A stretch of 64,000 bases of DNA, from IMG/VR virus record IMGVR_UViG_3300029908_000007, positions 98,309 to 162,308 of that record, one strand, 5' to 3'. The notes under the pieces were generated by a model, which worked only from the letters and a program-made list of their open reading frames with translations, ran no database searches and was not told the DNA's origin. This DNA comes from a virus. The translations under genes were made by a program, and so were the position numbers. Below, piece by piece: positions 59,967 through 64,000 of this stretch (its first letter is position 1; each line of letters begins with the position of its first letter).

Positions 59967-60104
59967 ACCCCCACCGTGTCAGGCCTGACACATCCCTGCG
60001 TCCGATCTACCCTATTCCCAGCCTACTGCCCAACAAATTGACGGCGACTAATAGTTATACGCTTTCCAAGTAGCAATTCCCCAATAATATCAACTAAACC
60101 ACGC

Positions 60105-60120
60105 TGGCACCGATTCTGCA
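60105..60120 (+). promoter_or_regulatory. sigma54 promoter
   Basis: TGGCACCGATTCTGCA upstream of the cold-shock gene. Confidence 0.75.
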
Positions 60121-60146
60121 ATATACTATTCCAAGAGGTACTAGAT

Positions 60147-60380
60147 ATGAAAACAGTAAATGGTAAAGTAAAATGGTTTAACTCGTCGAAAGGATATGGC
60201 TTCATTGACTCCGAAGGCACTGGTGAACACATTGACATTTTTGTTCACTATACCGCTATAGCTGGCGAAGGCTACAAGGAATTGCAGGAAGGCGAAGTTG
60301 TGACTTTCGACTTGCTAGACGGGCCAAAGGGTCCCCAGGCTTTGAACGTGGTTAGACAAGGCTCGGCACTGACGGCCTAA
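60147..60380 (+). CDS. csp: Cold-shock domain protein
   Basis: [21 protein letters not shown] and KGPQALNV motifs. Confidence 0.95.
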   Translation: MKTVNGKVKWFNSSKGYGFIDSEGTGEHIDIFVHYTAIAGEGYKELQEGEVVTFDLLDGPKGPQALNVVRQGSALTA

Positions 60381-60568
60381 AAGGGATAGGGTGGGGTAGG
60401 GTTAAATCCCCTACCCCTCAAAATTGAGTTTCTAAAAGTGTTTTTTTCTGAAAGTGTTTTTTAGGAAGGACTATATGAGCTTCGCCATGATCTTAGCTAT
60501 AACCTTGGTAGGCCTGACTGACTTGTTGATCCTTTCGATCAGAGTCAACGGTGGGATTGGAGATTATT

Positions 60569-61189
60569 ATGCTTAAATATAAATTACGACTTGATCTTAA
60601 ACTCAAACTAGGCTTTGTGACTCTATTTAGGATCGAGCGCATATCCAACGGAGAATTGGGCGGATACATTGAAAAAGAAAGTAACCTAAGTCAAGAAGGC
60701 TCGGCTTGGGTATACGGCGAGGCTCGGGTATACGGCTCGGCTCAGGTATCCGGCTCGGCTCAGGTATACGGCTCGGCTTGGGTATACGGCTCGGCTCAGG
60801 TATCCGGCTCGGCTCAGGTATACGGCTCGGCTTGGGTATACGGCTCGGCTCGGGTATACGGCTCGGCTCGGGTATACGGCTCGGCTCAGGTATACGGCTC
60901 GGCTCGGGTATACGGCTCGGCTCGGGTATACGGCTCGGCTCAGGTATCCGGCTCGGCTCGAATAGAAAATATTGAAGAAATTGTTAACTTTGTAATTGCA
61001 ATGAGTTTTTCTATAACAATTACACCAGACAATATCGCCATTGGCTGTCAGTTAAAAACTAGAAAGGAATGGTTTAAGGTTACTAAAAAACAGGCAATTG
61101 AAATGGGCTTGAAATCCGAATTATATCCGCATTACAAACAATTGCTTAAAACAGGTATGGCAATGGTGCCAGCTAGAAAAGGTAAATAA
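60569..61189 (+). CDS. Hexapeptide-repeat (left-handed beta-helix) phage protein
   Basis: LFRI...ELGGYIEKESNLSQEG followed by about 14 V(Y/S)GSA(Q/R/W) units; start revised using the GGAG RBS. Confidence 0.8.
   Translation: MLKYKLRLDLKLKLGFVTLFRIERISNGELGGYIEKESNLSQEGSAWVYGEARVYGSAQVSGSAQVYGSAWVYGSAQVSGSAQVYGSAWVYGSARVYGSARVYGSAQVYGSARVYGSARVYGSAQVSGSARIENIEEIVNFVIAMSFSITITPDNIAIGCQLKTRKEWFKVTKKQAIEMGLKSELYPHYKQLLKTGMAMVPARKGK
60698..60960 (+). repeat. 18-bp coding tandem repeat
   Basis: GGCTCGGCT(CAG/CGG/TGG)GTAT(A/C)C units. Confidence 0.9.
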
Positions 61190-61432
61190 TATGCAAATTA
61201 AAATGTATGACGATATTCAGTTAATGACCGGACAAGGCGAGGAGTGGCTTTTAAACCGGCTGGGTTGCCATGTCATGATCTTTTTTGACGGCAATTTGAG
61301 GAAAGATGGAAGCGGCAACGACGACGTGACTCTGACTAACTACTGCGATGCTTGATTTCTGGCCTATCCCAATACGGTAACCCCTAGTCGTTTGCGCTGT
61401 TCTGCGCGTTCTAAAAGCGATTAGGGGTTATT

Positions 61433-61615
61433 TCAATAGATTAGGCATTTTATTGCCCTTCTAGTCTTACCTTCTGGTGTGCCATTCAATTCTACACTAC
61501 GCGCATTTATACATGTTTTGCATCGCGCCGTCGCACCGTCCCGAACATACTTGCTTTTATGAAACAGAGTTAAACTTTTGATTTCTTTACAAGTTTTACA
61601 TTGTTTGGATTGCAT
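61433..61615 (-). pseudogene. Truncated homing-endonuclease Zn-finger N-terminus
   Basis: KQCKTCKEIKSLTLFHKSKYVRDGATARCKTC, similar to the Zn fingers of 28853 and 56271; no nuclease domain. Confidence 0.55.
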
Positions 61616-61799
61616 GAGACCTTCCATCCCTTACGATAGGTTAATTGCTAACCTACCGTCCTTGCGCAAGGGATGGAAGGTCTAACGATTGTCTTATATC
61701 ATAAACTCGTATAACTTTTATACGATATGACAATTTAGGGCATTTTAATTGCCAATTATTGTCACTATTTCTATAGAAAACCTTATATTGATTTATGGC

Positions 61800-61815
61800 T
61801 GGCATGGGCATTGCT
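61800..61815 (+). promoter_or_regulatory. sigma54 promoter
   Basis: TGGCATGGGCATTGCT. Confidence 0.8.
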
Positions 61816-61845
61816 ATATAGTCTGGTATAAGAGGAGATTAAAAG

Positions 61846-62031
61846 ATGTTCACCACAATGAAATTAAGGGCAGTAGTTAAAGAAATCGAAAAAGCAGGTT
61901 TTGTTTTAATCCGTAATAGTACACACAAAGTCTATCAAAAAGGAGAAGTCGTCGTTATGGTCCCTCATAGTTCAACTATTTCCCCTGGAACGGTTCATGG
62001 CATTTTTAAGGCCATTAAGAAAGCGGCATAG
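61846..62031 (+). CDS. hicA: HicA-family toxin-like RNase
   Basis: IEKAGFVLIRNSTHKVY...VPH...ISPGTVHGIFK; GAGGAG RBS. Confidence 0.7.
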   Translation: MFTTMKLRAVVKEIEKAGFVLIRNSTHKVYQKGEVVVMVPHSSTISPGTVHGIFKAIKKAA

Positions 62032-62157
62032 TATGTTAAGTGAAACAATGTTAGATGATATTATGGCGAATGAAGAAATCTGGTATGTCTCAAGTAGTGG
62101 CAATGCTTGGATTATTTCATATTACGATCTAATCGATAGACAACAAAGGAAAACTAT

Positions 62158-62697
62158 ATGAACAAAACTATTAAGGCACTGAATAAGAAACTTGACTCGG
62201 CAAAGGCTGATATTGGTGAAATCGAAGCCAAGTTACAGCTGGCATGGGATAAGATTTTCGTCAAGAACAAAGCGATTAAGGAAGCCGTTATTAAGGTCGA
62301 GTCAAGTCAGGAGTATGGTTACAACGGCATTTATGAAGAGATATACTCATGGGTCCGTTTTGACGCCGCTGATTTCAAAGATTCAAAAGTGTTTTTTAAG
62401 AACTATATGCGGGAATACCATTTTATCGAAGTCGACTTCGACAACGACGCTTTGATGCTAAACCTGGGTCCTAATATCATTGTCTGCGATGACGGCTCGG
62501 TCTACGATCAAGACGCGAGGAAAACGATTTTGACCAAAGACGACTATAGAGACGACGACGGACAACTAGACTATGATCGGCGCAATGCGCTAATCGAAAA
62601 GTATATGGAAGAAACGGGTTGTTTCCCAGGAGTGTTTTCAATGGATCGATACGGCAATGTGTTCCCTGTTAAAACTCAGAAAGAAAAGGTGGCGTAA
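62158..62697 (+). CDS. Early hypothetical protein
   Basis: 179 aa; C-terminal FPGVFSMDRYGNV. Confidence 0.6.
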   Translation: MNKTIKALNKKLDSAKADIGEIEAKLQLAWDKIFVKNKAIKEAVIKVESSQEYGYNGIYEEIYSWVRFDAADFKDSKVFFKNYMREYHFIEVDFDNDALMLNLGPNIIVCDDGSVYDQDARKTILTKDDYRDDDGQLDYDRRNALIEKYMEETGCFPGVFSMDRYGNVFPVKTQKEKVA

Positions 62698-62876
62698 TGA
62701 AAAAGAAAGAAGTCGAAAAGAAAATCGAAGCGGCGTACAAACGGCATGGGAACGGCGTGCAAATTCCAATGCTAGTTATTCCCCGGATATACAAGGCTGG
62801 GCAAGACGCCGCTGCGCTGGGCTTGGATATTGACGCCGCTGTGAAGGCTGCAATTGAAAACTACAGACTAAACTGA
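62697..62876 (+). CDS. Small early protein (not in the ORF track)
   Basis: TAATG-coupled, 59 aa, MKKKEVEKKIEAAY... Confidence 0.5.
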   Translation: MKKKEVEKKIEAAYKRHGNGVQIPMLVIPRIYKAGQDAAALGLDIDAAVKAAIENYRLN

Positions 62877-62886
62877 GGAGAATCGT

Positions 62887-63093
62887 ATGAAGTTAGAACT
62901 ATATGTAATCGGACACTATTCGGATACCGGACGCTATTATATTGGCAGACTAGACCGTGTCACTGATTACGGTACCGTTAGCCGTATCTTGGTCAGGGAT
63001 GACATTCGGACCAAGGCCGAGGCATTGGCATTGCTTAAAGAATACAATCGGCTGGGCTTAAGGCCGGTGAGTGAATTGGGAAAGGTGGCTTAA
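62887..63093 (+). CDS. Small early protein
   Basis: GAGGAG RBS. Confidence 0.55.
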   Translation: MKLELYVIGHYSDTGRYYIGRLDRVTDYGTVSRILVRDDIRTKAEALALLKEYNRLGLRPVSELGKVA

Positions 63094-63094
63094 T

Positions 63095-63283
63095 ATGCAA
63101 GTTAGTAATAAATTAGAGTCATTGACTTTGGTAGCCGAACATATTTTAAATCAGGAAGCCGACGACTACGTTCAGTGGTGTGAAGAAAATGAGCTAGATC
63201 CCAAAGATATTAATGGGGATATGCAAAAGAGTCACGTCTACGCATTGGCACTAATTGGGCTTGGCCTGGAATTTGAGGAGTAA
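63095..63283 (+). CDS. Small acidic early protein
   Basis: AAGGTGG RBS. Confidence 0.5.
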   Translation: MQVSNKLESLTLVAEHILNQEADDYVQWCEENELDPKDINGDMQKSHVYALALIGLGLEFEE

Positions 63284-63288
63284 TTGAT

Positions 63289-63612
63289 ATGAAAACATTA
63301 GCAGATTTCAAACGACGCCTAGTAGTGGGTCAAGTAGTCGAGAAAACCTTTCACCTTGGCGACTTAATCGTGAATGGCAATACCGGGCAGGTCAATCTGC
63401 GCGGTGGACCCAAGGTGATGCTTCAGAAAGTAGTCAAGCCACAAAGTCAAAGCGTGGGATTCGAGTTATTGGAAGGCTCCCAGGCTGGGCAGACTACGTG
63501 GCTACAGTATCCAAAGGCTAAGGATTTAAAGATAGTGGATGCTGATACCGCTCAGGTATGGGATGGTGGGGAGTTAATTTTGACGTATCGGTTTATTCAA
63601 TCTGAAAAGTGA
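63289..63612 (+). CDS. Early hypothetical protein
   Basis: GAGGAG RBS; MKTLADFKRRL N-terminus. Confidence 0.6.
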   Translation: MKTLADFKRRLVVGQVVEKTFHLGDLIVNGNTGQVNLRGGPKVMLQKVVKPQSQSVGFELLEGSQAGQTTWLQYPKAKDLKIVDADTAQVWDGGELILTYRFIQSEK

Positions 63613-63625
63613 AATCGAGGAACAT

Positions 63626-64000
63626 ATGAAAACTATTGAAATCAAGACACAAAAAGAATTAGATAAACTTCCGGATTCATTTAATGAATTTACTTGTATT
63701 GAAATTCGGTCAGATAAAACTATCCGAATTGAAGTAACAAAGCATCGTAGTAATAGCCAGGTTAGGGCGTGCGATTCGAGCCAGGTTACGGCGTATGGTT
63801 CGAGCCAGGTTAGGGCGTGCGATTCGAGCCAGGTTACGGCGTATGGTTCGAGCCAGGTTACGGCGTGCGATTCGAGCCAGGTTAGGGCGTGCGATTCGAG
63901 CCAGGTTACGGCGTATGGTTCGAGCCAGGTTAGGGCGTGCGATTCGAGCCAGGTTACGGCGTATGGTTCGAGCCAGGTTACGGCGAGCGATTCTATCCAG
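63626..64000 (+). CDS. Octapeptide-repeat protein (runs off window end)
   Basis: GAGG RBS; open frame with SSQV(R/T)A(CD/YG) units. Confidence 0.75.
   Translation, partial: MKTIEIKTQKELDKLPDSFNEFTCIEIRSDKTIRIEVTKHRSNSQVRACDSSQVTAYGSSQVRACDSSQVTAYGSSQVTACDSSQVRACDSSQVTAYGSSQVRACDSSQVTAYGSSQVTASDSIQ
63755..64000 (+). repeat. 24-bp coding tandem repeat
   Basis: AGCCAGGTTA(G/C)GGCGT(GCGA/ATGG)TTCG, about 10 copies. Confidence 0.9.

Noticed and set aside
60706-60975. (GIRLGS)n ORF or CRISPR-like repeat
   Set aside because: Alternative frame of the 18-bp coding repeat of the hexapeptide protein.
63755-64000. Possible CRISPR array
   Set aside because: No unique spacers; the 24-bp units lie in an open frame with an RBS and encode an octapeptide repeat.
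1-64000. Stop-codon reassignment and canonical tRNA genes
   Set aside because: Long genes are intact in the standard code and all three stop codons terminate genes; I saw no canonical tRNA cloverleaf by eye (tRNAscan-SE not run).

Overview
This is a 64 kb segment of a large lytic, contractile-tailed dsDNA phage using the standard genetic code. The host is Gram-negative and plausibly Bdellovibrionota or another deltaproteobacterial lineage (inference only). 1-28.4 kb (minus strand) is the tail-fibre, baseplate, spike, hub and tape-measure module. It is driven by a phage-specific late-promoter motif AATCTTTA and interrupted by accessory genes and a homing endonuclease. 28.5-57.3 kb (minus strand) holds nucleotide-metabolism genes (class II RNR, dUTPase, PPase, 5'-nucleotidase, MazG-like), many small genes behind repeated sigma70-type promoters, an intact TnpB with a predicted omegaRNA, a plant TAA1/alliinase-like aminotransferase, a PagL-like lipid A deacylase and a DGR-type target gene. 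57.3-58.1 kb is a non-coding strand-switch region. 58.1-64 kb (plus strand) is a probable early region driven by sigma54 (-24/-12) promoters. Best leads: (1) a DGR variable region with no RT or template repeat in the window, plus a nearby structured element carrying a perfect 14-nt complement of the VR 3' end; (2) a promoter-driven ~180-nt tRNA-shaped ncRNA with a 7-bp kissing loop; (3) sigma54/enhancer control of early genes; (4) an MbcA/ParS-type antitoxin domain gene with no canonical start codon that the ORF track missed. All family assignments are from motif recognition, not database searches.
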